Part shown: one piece after another, positions 34,879-43,544 of the stretch | Position numbering within the stretch: position 1 is the first letter of the stretch | Layout: every line of letters begins with the position of its first letter | Assembly: GCA_013002425.1 (NCBI GenBank) | Contig: JABDJQ010000273.1 | Location: 1 to 44,875, forward strand | Source of the DNA: Gemmatimonadota bacterium | GTDB lineage: Bacteria; Orphanbacterota; Orphanbacteria; Orphanbacterales; Orphanbacteraceae | Reading direction: 5' to 3' | DNA length: 44,875 nucleotides | Position numbers and translations under genes: made by a program | Notes under the pieces: model-generated | Database searches by the model: none | What the model was told of the DNA's origin: nothing | The model's input: only the letters and a program-made list of their open reading frames with translations

Positions 34879-35137
34879 GGAGGCACGAAACCGACACATA
34901 CCGATCAACGAGCCACACGCAACCACCGCGAACGAAGAGGCCTCGAGGGGTTCGTTCAAGGAGCTCTTTCGCTGGAAATCCACGCGCGCGCATCGAATCG
35001 AAGATGCGCGGTTCCTGCTCGACAGCTCCGATGATGCCCGTTCTGGATACGGCTCCCCGCCCGAAACAGGCGGGCGTCTCGGAGCTCTTTCTTCGTCCCG
35101 GCTTCCCTCTCGATCGCTCTCCCGCTACAATTCGTTC

Positions 35138-35743
35138 ATGATGCCCCCGACCCGATCGAAGGGACACGGCCTCTTGAACGAAGCGCTGCAAGCCGGAAAA
35201 TCCGTTCTGATCCGCTACCCCGCGATGACCGATCGCGACGAGTTCGTGCAGCTCAGGCAGAAGAGCCGGCGTTTTCACAGGACATGGGAACCCACGCCGC
35301 CGCGGGGATTCGACCCCTACGGATCCGAGGCGTTCACGCGATTTCAAATGACCGCGAACCTCGACAGCGTAAAGCGCTTTCTTCTCTGTCGCACCGAAGA
35401 CGACGCGATCGTCGGCGTCATTACGCTCAGCGAGATCATCCGCGGCTGCTTTCAGAACGCGTACATGGGGTACTGGATCGGAAGCCCCTTCGCGCGCCGC
35501 GGCTACATGACCGAGGGGATCGCTCTGGTGCTCCGGCACGCTTTTCGCGACATGAAACTGCACCGCGTGGAGGCCAACATTCAGCCCACGAACGAAGCTT
35601 CGATCGCACTCGTGCGAAGAGCGGGTTTCACGAAGGAAGGATACTCGCGGCGGTATCTGAAGATCGCCGGACGATGGCGCGACCACGAACGGTGGGCGAT
35701 CCTGAAAGAAGACTGGGGCGGGGGGCGGTTGCCGAACGTCTGA
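35138..35743 (+). CDS. rimJ: GNAT N-acetyltransferase, RimJ-like (ribosomal protein S5-alanine acetyltransferase family)
   Basis: FHRTWEP..., IIRGCFQNAYMGYWIG, GFTKEGYSRRYLKIAGRWRDHERWAIL parallel E. coli RimJ ([45 protein letters not shown]; recalled from memory). ATG 35138 gives a RimJ-like length (201 aa). The track start 34877 lies under the -10 element and has lower GC3. Confidence 0.8.
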   Translation: MMPPTRSKGHGLLNEALQAGKSVLIRYPAMTDRDEFVQLRQKSRRFHRTWEPTPPRGFDPYGSEAFTRFQMTANLDSVKRFLLCRTEDDAIVGVITLSEIIRGCFQNAYMGYWIGSPFARRGYMTEGIALVLRHAFRDMKLHRVEANIQPTNEASIALVRRAGFTKEGYSRRYLKIAGRWRDHERWAILKEDWGGGRLPNV

Positions 35744-35770
35744 CGGGTGGTGGTCGTGTGCGTGACCGGC

Positions 35771-35860
35771 TCCTCCTCGCTTCGCCCTGTCGTGCCGCGG
35801 TTTCTTGCGAGGTCAGCCATGTCACGGTTGCCCGGCCCTCCAATGGGGCTCAGCTGCGGG
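35771..35860 (+). repeat. left copy of a ~95-bp inverted repeat (blocks CTTCGCCCTGTCG and CCCTCCAATGGGGCTCAG)
   Basis: Exact 13-mer at 35780-35792 and exact 18-mer at 35836-35853. Both recur reverse-complemented at 37954-37966 and 37892-37909 with the same spacing (43 versus 44 nt between blocks). Confidence 0.85.
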
Positions 35861-35899
35861 GGACCGGTCACGCACACGCCCCCCCCCGTCGACATGCGT

Positions 35900-36028
35900 G
35901 GAGGGGGAAGAGGGGAAGGGAAGCGGAAGGAAGGGAAGGGAGAAAAGAGAAGAGAGAGAAGGGAAGAAAGAGGGAGCGGGAAGGGAAGCGGGAAGAAGAG
36001 GGGAAGAGAAACGAGAAAAGAAAAAAGG
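35900..36028 (+). repeat. 129-nt polypurine (G/A) tract, about 15 GGA motifs, no T and only 4 C on the + strand
   Basis: Read directly. C occurs only at 35924, 35977, 35989 and 36012. Contains imperfect GGGAAGGGAAGCGG-type sub-repeats. Confidence 0.95.
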
Positions 36029-36052
36029 CCCGGGAGGTGTTCCCCCCGGGCC
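36016..36052 (-). terminator. intrinsic terminator of the sigma/anti-sigma operon
   Basis: The minus strand reads GGCCCGGGGGGAACACCUCCCGGGCC followed by UUUUUUCUUUUCU, starting 26 nt after the anti-sigma stop. Confidence 0.8.
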
Positions 36053-36077
36053 GGCGTGTGTTCAGGAGCCTGAGCGA

Positions 36078-37070
36078 CTAGCGGGCCTGAATGTCGATCA
36101 GGCCGTCTTCGACGGTCACGCTGCTCCAGTCGAGGCCCTGCTCGCTCAGGATGCGTTTGATCGCCTCGGCCTTTTCGGCGTCGCTCAAGCCGTCGAGTTC
36201 TTCCATCTTGATCATGTGGATATCGCCGGCGGGATCGCCGTCGAACTCGAGTTCGAACTTGTCGTCGAGCGTCTCGATCGTGAGACCGCCGATGCAGGCG
36301 GAGGAGCCGTCTTCGTTCTCGATACTCAGGATCTTGACTTCGCCCTGGTCCGAGTACGAAACCTGCGGGTTGTCGCAGCAACCGGATGCGATGAGCTGCC
36401 GGCGAATGTCTTCTTCGATTTCGTCTTCGAAGCGTCCGGCGGTGTCGAGCTTCAGGCGGAGAACGCATTCCCGTCCGAAGGCGTACGCGTTGCTCGAGAT
36501 TTCGGCGCGCACGGGCTCGATCGAAGCGGAAGCGTCGATGCCGCGTTCGCCGACGGCGGCCGCGAACGCATTCGACACGCGTTTCACGAAGCGCCCGCTC
36601 GTCGATTCGGTCTTCGCGACGAGTGCGAACCGTCCCGCATCAGGAAGCCGCGGCTCGATGCGAAGCTCCGTCGCCTCGAGGACGTCAGCCAGTTCGTTCG
36701 CGAGTGTCTGGATCTGCCCATCGTGATAGTTCGGGATGGCAAGATCCATCGTTACGGTGTGCCCCGTCGTTCGTTCGTAGGAAATCGGGATCACAAGCAG
36801 AAGCAGCGCGGCAAACGCGCCGGCAAGCACCGGTTTGAACCAGCGTCGATCGTTCATATTGTTCACGGTTCGCATGATTGCGTTCCTTTCGTTATGACAG
36901 TGGCGTTTCGCCGCCAAGGTTCGTTTCGTATCTTCCCACCCGGGCATTTCCTGCGTCCGCATCTCGCGCAGCGATCGCAAATCGTCCTTTATCACGCGCG
37001 CGGTGTCGCCGCCGGAGGGATTGCTATCCTGACGAGGACCGTGCGCATTTGAGTGAGTATGCCGTCTCAT
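36078..37070 (-). CDS. single-pass membrane protein, putative anti-sigma factor
   Basis: Immediately downstream of, and overlapping by 47 nt, the ECF sigma gene. ATG 37070 lies 4 nt after GGGAGGAG. ~75-aa cytoplasmic N-terminus, TM helix WFKPVLAGAFAALLLLVIPI, ~230-aa acidic extracytoplasmic domain. No canonical HxxxCxxC motif. Confidence 0.6.
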   Translation of the reverse strand: MRRHTHSNAHGPRQDSNPSGGDTARVIKDDLRSLREMRTQEMPGWEDTKRTLAAKRHCHNERNAIMRTVNNMNDRRWFKPVLAGAFAALLLLVIPISYERTTGHTVTMDLAIPNYHDGQIQTLANELADVLEATELRIEPRLPDAGRFALVAKTESTSGRFVKRVSNAFAAAVGERGIDASASIEPVRAEISSNAYAFGRECVLRLKLDTAGRFEDEIEEDIRRQLIASGCCDNPQVSYSDQGEVKILSIENEDGSSACIGGLTIETLDDKFELEFDGDPAGDIHMIKMEELDGLSDAEKAEAIKRILSEQGLDWSSVTVEDGLIDIQAR

Positions 37071-37650
37071 CGCGCTCCTCCCTGTTCGATTGCGATCGGT
37101 TCGTCTCGCTCGCGAATTCGTCCGCGAGCCCGAGCCGCCTGTAATATCTGCGAAGCCTCTCCCGCCCTCTCGCGAGCCGGGACTTCACGGCAGAGATGCT
37201 CTTCGACTGCATCTCCGCGACTTCCGCGATCGTGAACCCGTCCAGGTCGTGAAGCACGAACGCCTCTCTCTGCGCGGCGGGGAGTGTCGCGAGGGCCCGG
37301 GCCGCCCGCTCCGCTCCTGCTCGTGATTCGATCTCTCTCTCCCCGTCGTGGCCGGCCGGTTCACGCCCCTCTTCGAGCTCGTTCTCGAGAGGAAGAAGTC
37401 GCTTCCAGAATCGGCGCCGATACCGTGTTCGATGCCGCGAGAGGAGTACGGCGTAGAACCAGGCACGGAAACGCGACTCGTCGCGAAGGGTGTCGAGCTT
37501 CTCGAATGCACGAAGAATGGTGTCCTGAAAGAGATCGTTCCCCTCGTCGGAACTCCTGCAGAGCGCCCGGGCCGACGACAAAGCCTGGTCGTGCATCGGC
37601 GCCAGCAGCCCCCACAGGCGTTCCCACTGTTGATCTCGCTCACGAGCCAT
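37024..37650 (-). CDS. ECF-type RNA polymerase sigma-70 family factor
   Basis: Region 2: DLFQDTILRAFEKLDTLRDESRFRAWFYAVLLSRHRTRYRR. Region 4: REAFVLHDLDGFTIAEVAEMQSKSISAVKSRLARGRERLRRYY. Confidence 0.9.
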   Translation of the reverse strand: MARERDQQWERLWGLLAPMHDQALSSARALCRSSDEGNDLFQDTILRAFEKLDTLRDESRFRAWFYAVLLSRHRTRYRRRFWKRLLPLENELEEGREPAGHDGEREIESRAGAERAARALATLPAAQREAFVLHDLDGFTIAEVAEMQSKSISAVKSRLARGRERLRRYYRRLGLADEFASETNRSQSNREERDETAYSLKCARSSSG

Positions 37651-37880
37651 CCATTCCGCCTTTCAGGGTAGAGACGCATTCAGCGTGGCGAATGGTCGCA
37701 AAAAAGTGCGAGGTGAGCCGGGGGGCGGGGGGAGGCGTGATCTCCTTCGCCATCGCCCGAAAGGATCGGAGACGGCGATTGAGAGACCTTTCTCTTCTTT
37801 CCATACTTCGTGCGCGCGATGGGTCCGGGAAGTGCGATCAGGTCGAGCTCGCGTGAAAGATCGGGGCGCGGGAGGGCGGG

Positions 37881-37975
37881 CTCCTGGCAGCCTGAGCCCC
37901 ATTGGAGGGACGGGGGCACGGTGATCAGGCTTCAAGTCATGCGTTCGACGGTCCGACAGGGCGAAGGCGAAGGAG
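37881..37975 (-). repeat. right copy of the ~95-bp inverted repeat
   Basis: Reverse complement of 37892-37909 = CCCTCCAATGGGGCTCAG, and of 37954-37966 = CTTCGCCCTGTCG. A TCAC(C/G)GT block is also shared. The linkers between blocks are diverged. Confidence 0.85.
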
Positions 37976-38020
37976 TCCGTCCTCCCGCGACCCCCTACTT
38001 CTCACGAGTGCTCGCCTGCT

Positions 38021-39271
38021 CTACTTCCGGACACCCTCGCTTTTCGCGCGGTGCTGGAGGTCGAAGCTGCCCTGCGCCCAGGCGGTTGCATCGATATAGG
38101 CCTGAAAGATCGTTTCGGGCGCGAGGCCGAGATCCATCGCGTTCTTCCAGACACCGTCGAAGTCGGCCCGCTCATACCGGGTCACGAGCTCGAGCACGCT
38201 TCGCTGGCGCGAAGGCTCGCCCGCGAGCGCGCTCTTGAGCGCGCGGCCGAGTGGAATGCTGTCGATGATCTCGTCGAGAGGCATGTCCATCATCGCGTCG
38301 AGCAGCGAGAACATGCCCATCAGGAAGTACTCCTTGGACTCGTTGCCGCGCTTCAGGGCCGTGGACAGTAGTTCGCACATGCGCGCGCGCGTCAGCGCGA
38401 TCACGTTCAGCTCGTCGGGCTTGTCGTTCCCCATCGTCCCCATCGTCACGAAGGTTGCCCAGGTGCGAATCTCCTGCGTCCCCATCTGTACGAGGGCGTG
38501 ACGAATGGACGTGATCGGCGAGATCCATCCGAAGTAGGCGGAGTTGATGAACTGCATCAGCTTGAAAGTGAGCGCCGGGTCGCGGGAGATGATCTCCTCG
38601 AGCGACTTGTAGTCGAGTTCGCGTCGCTGCAGATCCATGATGAGCTGCAGGTGCTGCGTGCCGACCTCGCTCATCCGTTTCCGTTTGATCGTTTCGGGTC
38701 TGGCGAAGAAGTAACCCTGGAAATAGTGGAAGCCGTCCTGAAGCGCGCGCTTGAACTCGCTCTCCTCTTCCACCTTTTCGGCGAGGATGTGCTTGTCGCG
38801 GCCGAGAAAGTCGTCCGCCATTTTCTGGCGCTGGTCCGCTTCGGTCCCGTGGAAGTCGATCTTGACGATATCCGCCGCATCGATCAGGGGGTCGTAGTTT
38901 TCCTGTCCGATGAAGTCGTCGATCGCGATCGTGTATCCGTCGGCGCGAAGGCCGGCGAGCTTCTCGAGGATCTCCGGTTCGGGCTCGACAGTCTCGAGCA
39001 CTTCCGCAACGACGACGTCGGCCGGAAGCGAACGGATCTGGTCGGTAAGGATCGCTTCTCGGTCCAGGTTCACGAAGGCGGGCTTGCCGCCGGTCAGATT
39101 CCGCATGCCGAAGAGCAGCGTCGCGTTCGAGAGCACGTGGGAAGTGATCTCGAGCGGAGACATCGAATCGGACGCGTCGGCAGCGCCGCGATACAGCAGC
39201 TCGTACGCGAATACTTTTTTCTGGCGATCGAAGATCGGCTGGCGCGCCAGGAATGTGTGCACCTGTCCCAT
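38021..39271 (-). CDS. EAL + HDOD domain protein (c-di-GMP phosphodiesterase-like signalling protein)
   Basis: ARQPIFDRQKKVFAYELLYR...VNLDRE...VVAEVLE...IAIDDF...IVKIDF...LAEKVE...GF.YFQGYFFARP is an EAL domain with an ELL variant. Then LEEIISRDPALTFKLMQFINSAYFG...ITSIRHALVQMG is HDOD. SD GAGGAAAGG. Confidence 0.88.
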   Translation of the reverse strand: MGQVHTFLARQPIFDRQKKVFAYELLYRGAADASDSMSPLEITSHVLSNATLLFGMRNLTGGKPAFVNLDREAILTDQIRSLPADVVVAEVLETVEPEPEILEKLAGLRADGYTIAIDDFIGQENYDPLIDAADIVKIDFHGTEADQRQKMADDFLGRDKHILAEKVEEESEFKRALQDGFHYFQGYFFARPETIKRKRMSEVGTQHLQLIMDLQRRELDYKSLEEIISRDPALTFKLMQFINSAYFGWISPITSIRHALVQMGTQEIRTWATFVTMGTMGNDKPDELNVIALTRARMCELLSTALKRGNESKEYFLMGMFSLLDAMMDMPLDEIIDSIPLGRALKSALAGEPSRQRSVLELVTRYERADFDGVWKNAMDLGLAPETIFQAYIDATAWAQGSFDLQHRAKSEGVRK

Positions 39272-39365
39272 CCTTTCCTCAGTGTTCCCTTGGGCAGAGG
39301 TCGTGAGGGGTTCGGGCGTATGGTCCTTTTTTCGGCACGGAGAGGCTGATTTGTTAGCGGTGAAA

Positions 39366-40430
39366 CTACTGTACGCAGGAGGTCATCTGCCCGAGATCGC
39401 TCCACTCTCGAAGCACTGCGGGCTCGAGGTGTTTCAGGAATGAAATGTTGCGGCAGGCGTCCGTAATAATGCTGAGATTCAGGGCCGGATCATACGGAAC
39501 GAGGTGTTCGTTCAGATCGCCGGCGACGTCGGCGTTCAGGTCGAGAAATCGAACCGGCGTGTCACACGAAAAGTCGGCATCGGAAAACGCGAAGTGCTTG
39601 CGCGCCGAAGAACGGTACGTCCGGTAGTGGACGACGCGATCGTGTATGTCGTACACGATAGACCACTTCGTCCGTGAACCCTGCGACACCTCCGCCAGGG
39701 TCGCGAACGCGTGTTCGACCGGATCGCGCACTTCGTGCCGCCAGCTGTCGGCCCCGCGCACGAAGCGGTCGAGTGAAGCGGCCGTCTTCATGGGGCGCCT
39801 GCTCCCCCCGAACCCCCTGTGCTGACCCAGGTACTTCGCGGACCGGTCGTATCTGTCGTTTGCGAGCACCGGCGCGACGAGATCTTCGCCCGTGTGCGCT
39901 ACGAGGGCGCCCTCCAGAAACTCGACAGCCGCTACCGCGCCGGACGCGTCCGCCACGAGAAAATGACAGCGGCCGCTCGAATGATCCGTGATACGGATTT
40001 CGGTATCGCTCGCGAGCAGTTCGGCGACGCTCTTTTTCGTGTCGAGCTGGTATTGAATCCATGTGAGAAGCGAAACCGAAGGGCGGTCGTCGGGCGCGGG
40101 ATACTTCGTTTCGTTCAGCCAGAGCAGTTCGATCACGAGACCCGCTTCGTTCATGCCGCCCGAGGGGAATTCGCGCCCGAACTGATTGAACGTGGTGCTT
40201 CCGAAGCGGGAGGTCCAGGAGATCGTGCGGCCGCCGTCCGTTGTCGGGTCCGACTGCTTGGCGACGCCGCGCTTGTTCACGACGAAGAGCCCCGCGTCGG
40301 CCGACCAGTCGTAGTTCTTGCCGAAGACGAGCGTCCCCGCGTTCTCCACGCAGAATGTAGTGCAGGCCGGAACGGATAGCGGGAGGCAGGCGCAGTTCAG
40401 CAGCGCGGCAATGACGAACAGACGAAACAC
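39366..40430 (-). CDS. Ntn hydrolase, choloylglycine hydrolase / linear amide C-N hydrolase family (C59)
   Basis: GTG 40430 lies 6 nt after GAGG. Signal peptide ends ...LSVPA|CTTFCVENAGTLVFGKNYDW, with the nucleophile Cys directly after cleavage. NEAGLVIELLWL. The track ORF start 40661 adds 77 implausible residues. Confidence 0.82.
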   Translation of the reverse strand: MFRLFVIAALLNCACLPLSVPACTTFCVENAGTLVFGKNYDWSADAGLFVVNKRGVAKQSDPTTDGGRTISWTSRFGSTTFNQFGREFPSGGMNEAGLVIELLWLNETKYPAPDDRPSVSLLTWIQYQLDTKKSVAELLASDTEIRITDHSSGRCHFLVADASGAVAAVEFLEGALVAHTGEDLVAPVLANDRYDRSAKYLGQHRGFGGSRRPMKTAASLDRFVRGADSWRHEVRDPVEHAFATLAEVSQGSRTKWSIVYDIHDRVVHYRTYRSSARKHFAFSDADFSCDTPVRFLDLNADVAGDLNEHLVPYDPALNLSIITDACRNISFLKHLEPAVLREWSDLGQMTSCVQ

Positions 40431-40795
40431 GGGGCGCCTCGATTCGGGGGACGGTAAGTCGACGCCGGCGGCAGGGCTGCGGCCGGCGCCGGGGATGCGC
40501 GTATCATAGCAAACGGGTGGAGGACGCGTCGGGATCGAAACCAGAGGCAGATCTCCGAAAAAAAGGAAGCCATTCGCGCACAATATCGGGGCTTTGATGC
40601 CGATCTGACGGCGAAAGGGCCGGCATTTCATATGTCCACCCTCTAACCTGTATAAAATCAAACGGTTAAAAATTATTTACAGATCGTTTCCGATTGGCTC
40701 CGCGGTTGCATTCTTCCGGTAACTCAGAGGCGTGCAGACATGTTCGCCGCCTCCAGTCGGCCGTGGTGGCCGATTCGAATAGGAGTTCATCTCAA

Positions 40796-40906
40796 ATGAA
40801 GAAGACGAATAAGTCCGCGAAGAAGACTGCTGCCCCGAAAGCCGGCGCGAAGAAGACGAGCACGCCCTCGACGGCTTCCGCCAAAAAGGCCAAAGGCAAG
40901 CGCTAA
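40796..40906 (+). CDS. 36-aa Lys/Ala-rich basic protein (histone H1-like low-complexity)
   Basis: MKKTNKSAKKTAAPKAGAKKTSTPSTASAKKAKGKR. AGGAG 10 nt upstream. A strong intrinsic terminator ~100 nt downstream defines a short transcription unit. A small ORF is hard to prove. Confidence 0.5.
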   Translation: MKKTNKSAKKTAAPKAGAKKTSTPSTASAKKAKGKR

Positions 40907-41003
40907 GCTTCGAGAGCCCATCGGGACGGACACAGCCGCGATACCTCGGAGGGACGCGGCGAACCCGTTCCTCATGATCAGCTGAGCTGGTCATGCATAT
41001 CAA

Positions 41004-41040
41004 GCCCGGCGATCTCAGGATCGCCGGGCTTTCTCGTTTC
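41004..41040 (+). terminator. intrinsic terminator
   Basis: Perfect 11-bp stem GCCCGGCGATC / GATCGCCGGGC with a 4-nt loop, followed by TTTCTCGTTTC. Confidence 0.8.
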
Positions 41041-41051
41041 GGCGCAATCCC

Positions 41052-41079
41052 TTTACCCCTCCCGCCCCTCCATGATAAT
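41052..41079 (+). promoter_or_regulatory. possible promoter of the liu operon (TTTACC-N16-GATAAT)
   Basis: Hexamers at 41052-41057 and 41074-41079, about 50 nt upstream of ATG 41130 (SD GAAGGA). Motif match only. Confidence 0.35.
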
Positions 41080-41129
41080 TCTTTAAGTTCATTGAACTTG
41101 CTTTCCGCCACGGCCCTGAAGGAACGCCC

Positions 41130-42737
41130 ATGATCCCACTCAGTTCGCATGTGAATCCGAACGCGCCCGAGTTTCGCGCGAACCGGGAGCACTACGAAGC
41201 ATTACGCGCCGATCTCAAGGAGCAGCTCGCGCAGGTACGCAAGGGCGGCTCCGAAAAGGCGCACGCTCTTCATGAAAAACGCGGCAAGCTGTTCGTACGC
41301 AAACGGATCGAACGCCTGCTCGACCCCGACACGCCGTTTCTCGAACTCTCGGCGCTGGCCGCGCACGGCCTCTACACGGGCGACGTGCCGTCAGCCGGCA
41401 TCGTGGCCGGGATCGGCCGCGTGTCGGGCAAGATCTGCATGATTCTCGGGAACGACGCGACGGTCAAAGGCGGAACGTACTACCCCGCGACGATCCGAAA
41501 ACACATCCGCATGCAGGAGATCGCCCTCGAAAATCATCTGCCCACGATTTATCTCGTCGATTCGGGCGGCGTCTTTCTGCCGATGCAGGACGAGGTATTT
41601 CCCGACAAGGAGCACTTCGGCCGGATCTTCTATAACCAGGCGGTCATGTCGTCGAAGCGGATCTCGCAGGTCGCGGTCGTCATGGGCATGTGCACCGCAG
41701 GCGGCGCCTACGTCCCCGCGATGTGCGACGAGAACGTGATCGTCGACGGCACGGGCACGATTTATCTCGCCGGGCCGCCGCTCGTGAAAGCCGCGACGGG
41801 CGAGGAAGTGTCGCCCGAAGATCTCGGCGGCGGGCCGATGCACTCGCGCATCTCGGGCGTCACGGATCATCTCGCCGCGAACGACGAAGAGGCGCTCGAA
41901 AGGGCGCGCGGGATTCTCGAATGCGTGCCGCAGGAGCCACGCGTCCGTTTCGACTGGGATGAACCCGAGGAGCCGCTCTACTCGCCCGACGAAATCTGCG
42001 GCCTGCTCCCCAGAGATACGAAGCAGCCGTACGACGTCCGCGAAGTGATCGCGCGCCTCGTGGACGGCTCGCGCTTCCACGAATTCAAAGCCGAATACGG
42101 TTCGACGCTCGTCTGCGGATTCGCGCGCTGGATGGGGTGCCTGGTCGGCATCGTCGCGAACAACGGCGTGCTCTTCTCGGAATCGGCGCTGAAGGGCGCG
42201 CACTTCATCGAACTGTGCGGTCAGCGCAACATCCCTCTCGTCTTTCTGCAGAACATCACCGGCTTCATGGTCGGCAAGCGCTACGAGCAGGGCGGGATCG
42301 CGAAGGACGGCGCGAAGATGGTGCAGGCCGTCGCGACCGCGCCGGTGCCGCGATTCACGGTGATCATCGGCGGTTCGCACGGCGCGGGCAACTACGCCAT
42401 GTGCGGGCGCGGGTATCTTCCGCGCTTCCTGTTCACCTGGCCGAACGCGCGTATCTCGGTCATGGGCGCCGATCAGGCGGCGAGCGTTCTCGTCACGGTG
42501 CAGGAGCAGAAGCTCCAGCGCGACGGGAAGAAGCTCTCGCCCGAGGAAGCCGCCGCGATCGCGGACCCCATCAAGGAGAAGTACGAGCGCGAAGGGCATC
42601 CGTATTACGCCACGGCGCGGCTCTGGGATGACGGCATTCTCGACCCGTCCGAAACGCGCGAAGCGATCGGACTGTGCCTGGCGGTTTCGGAACACGCGCC
42701 GCAATCGAAGCCGGAGTACCCCGTCTTCCGCATGTAG
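41130..42737 (+). CDS. liuB: methylcrotonoyl-CoA carboxylase beta subunit (carboxyltransferase)
   Basis: 535 aa. The N-terminus ...[30 protein letters not shown]... and two carboxyltransferase halves are typical of MCCase-beta. It is followed by hydratase and biotin carboxylase genes. Confidence 0.9.
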   Translation: MIPLSSHVNPNAPEFRANREHYEALRADLKEQLAQVRKGGSEKAHALHEKRGKLFVRKRIERLLDPDTPFLELSALAAHGLYTGDVPSAGIVAGIGRVSGKICMILGNDATVKGGTYYPATIRKHIRMQEIALENHLPTIYLVDSGGVFLPMQDEVFPDKEHFGRIFYNQAVMSSKRISQVAVVMGMCTAGGAYVPAMCDENVIVDGTGTIYLAGPPLVKAATGEEVSPEDLGGGPMHSRISGVTDHLAANDEEALERARGILECVPQEPRVRFDWDEPEEPLYSPDEICGLLPRDTKQPYDVREVIARLVDGSRFHEFKAEYGSTLVCGFARWMGCLVGIVANNGVLFSESALKGAHFIELCGQRNIPLVFLQNITGFMVGKRYEQGGIAKDGAKMVQAVATAPVPRFTVIIGGSHGAGNYAMCGRGYLPRFLFTWPNARISVMGADQAASVLVTVQEQKLQRDGKKLSPEEAAAIADPIKEKYEREGHPYYATARLWDDGILDPSETREAIGLCLAVSEHAPQSKPEYPVFRM

Positions 42738-42758
42738 ACAGAGAGCGGAGTGGAAATC

Positions 42759-43541
42759 ATGAAATTCATACGCAAAGAGATCGAGGGTGCGCGCGCCACG
42801 ATCTCGATCGACAGACCGGACGTACGTAACGCCCTGAGCGGAGAAGTGCTGAAGGAACTGCGCGCGGCGTTCGACGAAGTCGGCGCGAATGAAAGCGTCC
42901 GCGCCGTGGTGCTTCGCGGCGAAGGGAAATCGTTCTGCGCAGGCGCCGACATCGAATGGATGCGCGCGAGCGTCGACAAGAGCGTCGCCGAGAACGAAGA
43001 GGAAACGCGCGGCATCGCCGCCGCGCTGCGTGCGATCGACGAATGTGCGAAGCCCGTGATCGCGCGCGTTCACGGCGCGGCCCTCGGCGGCGGCGCGGGC
43101 CTTGTTGCCGCGTGTGACATCGTCGTTTCCGCGGACAACGCGAAGTTCGGTTTCACCGAAGTCCGCCTCGGGATCATCCCGGCCGCGATCTCGACGTTCG
43201 TGCTTGCGAAAATCGGCTCGAATCATGCGCGCCGCTATTTTCTTACAGGTGAAGTGTTCGGCGCCGAAGCCGCGTTTCATATCGGCCTCGCGGACGAGGT
43301 CGTCAAAGAAGGCGAACTCGACCAGGCGGTCGACGCGATCGCTGACGCCATCGCGATGAACGGACCCCGCGCGGTCGAAGCCGCGAAGAAGATGATCCGC
43401 GACGTCGCCCCGCTCTCGCGCGAGGACGCGATCGCCGAAACGACCCGACGCATTGCGAAGCTCCGCACGTCCCCGGAAGGGCAGGAAGGGCTCCGCGCCT
43501 TTCTCGAAAAACGCCGCGCCTCCTGGCTCGAGGAGTCGTAG
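42759..43541 (+). CDS. liuC: enoyl-CoA hydratase family, methylglutaconyl-CoA hydratase by context
   Basis: ISIDRPDVRNAL...VRAVVLRGEGKSFCAGADIEWM...IARVHGAALGGGAGLVAACDIVV is the crotonase fold. ATG 42759 lies 8 nt after GGAG. Located between liuB and liuD. Confidence 0.85.
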   Translation: MKFIRKEIEGARATISIDRPDVRNALSGEVLKELRAAFDEVGANESVRAVVLRGEGKSFCAGADIEWMRASVDKSVAENEEETRGIAAALRAIDECAKPVIARVHGAALGGGAGLVAACDIVVSADNAKFGFTEVRLGIIPAAISTFVLAKIGSNHARRYFLTGEVFGAEAAFHIGLADEVVKEGELDQAVDAIADAIAMNGPRAVEAAKKMIRDVAPLSREDAIAETTRRIAKLRTSPEGQEGLRAFLEKRRASWLEES

Positions 43542-43544
43542 CGC

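Noticed and set aside
35747-36073. ORFs through the polypurine tract (e.g. ...RGEGKRKEGKGEKRRERREERGSGKGSGKKRGRETRKEKR..., and the Pro/Phe/Leu/Ser-rich minus-strand ORF 35581-36468)
   Set aside because: Composition is dictated by the strand-pure purine run. They use AGA/AGG/GGA/AAG codons unlike every confident gene here, run through the terminator hairpin, and have no SD.
35771-37975. IS element or composite transposon delimited by the inverted repeats
   Set aside because: There is no transposase or recombinase ORF inside or adjacent, no obvious target-site duplication, and the repeat linkers are diverged. It is kept as an unexplained inverted repeat (finding), not called a mobile element.
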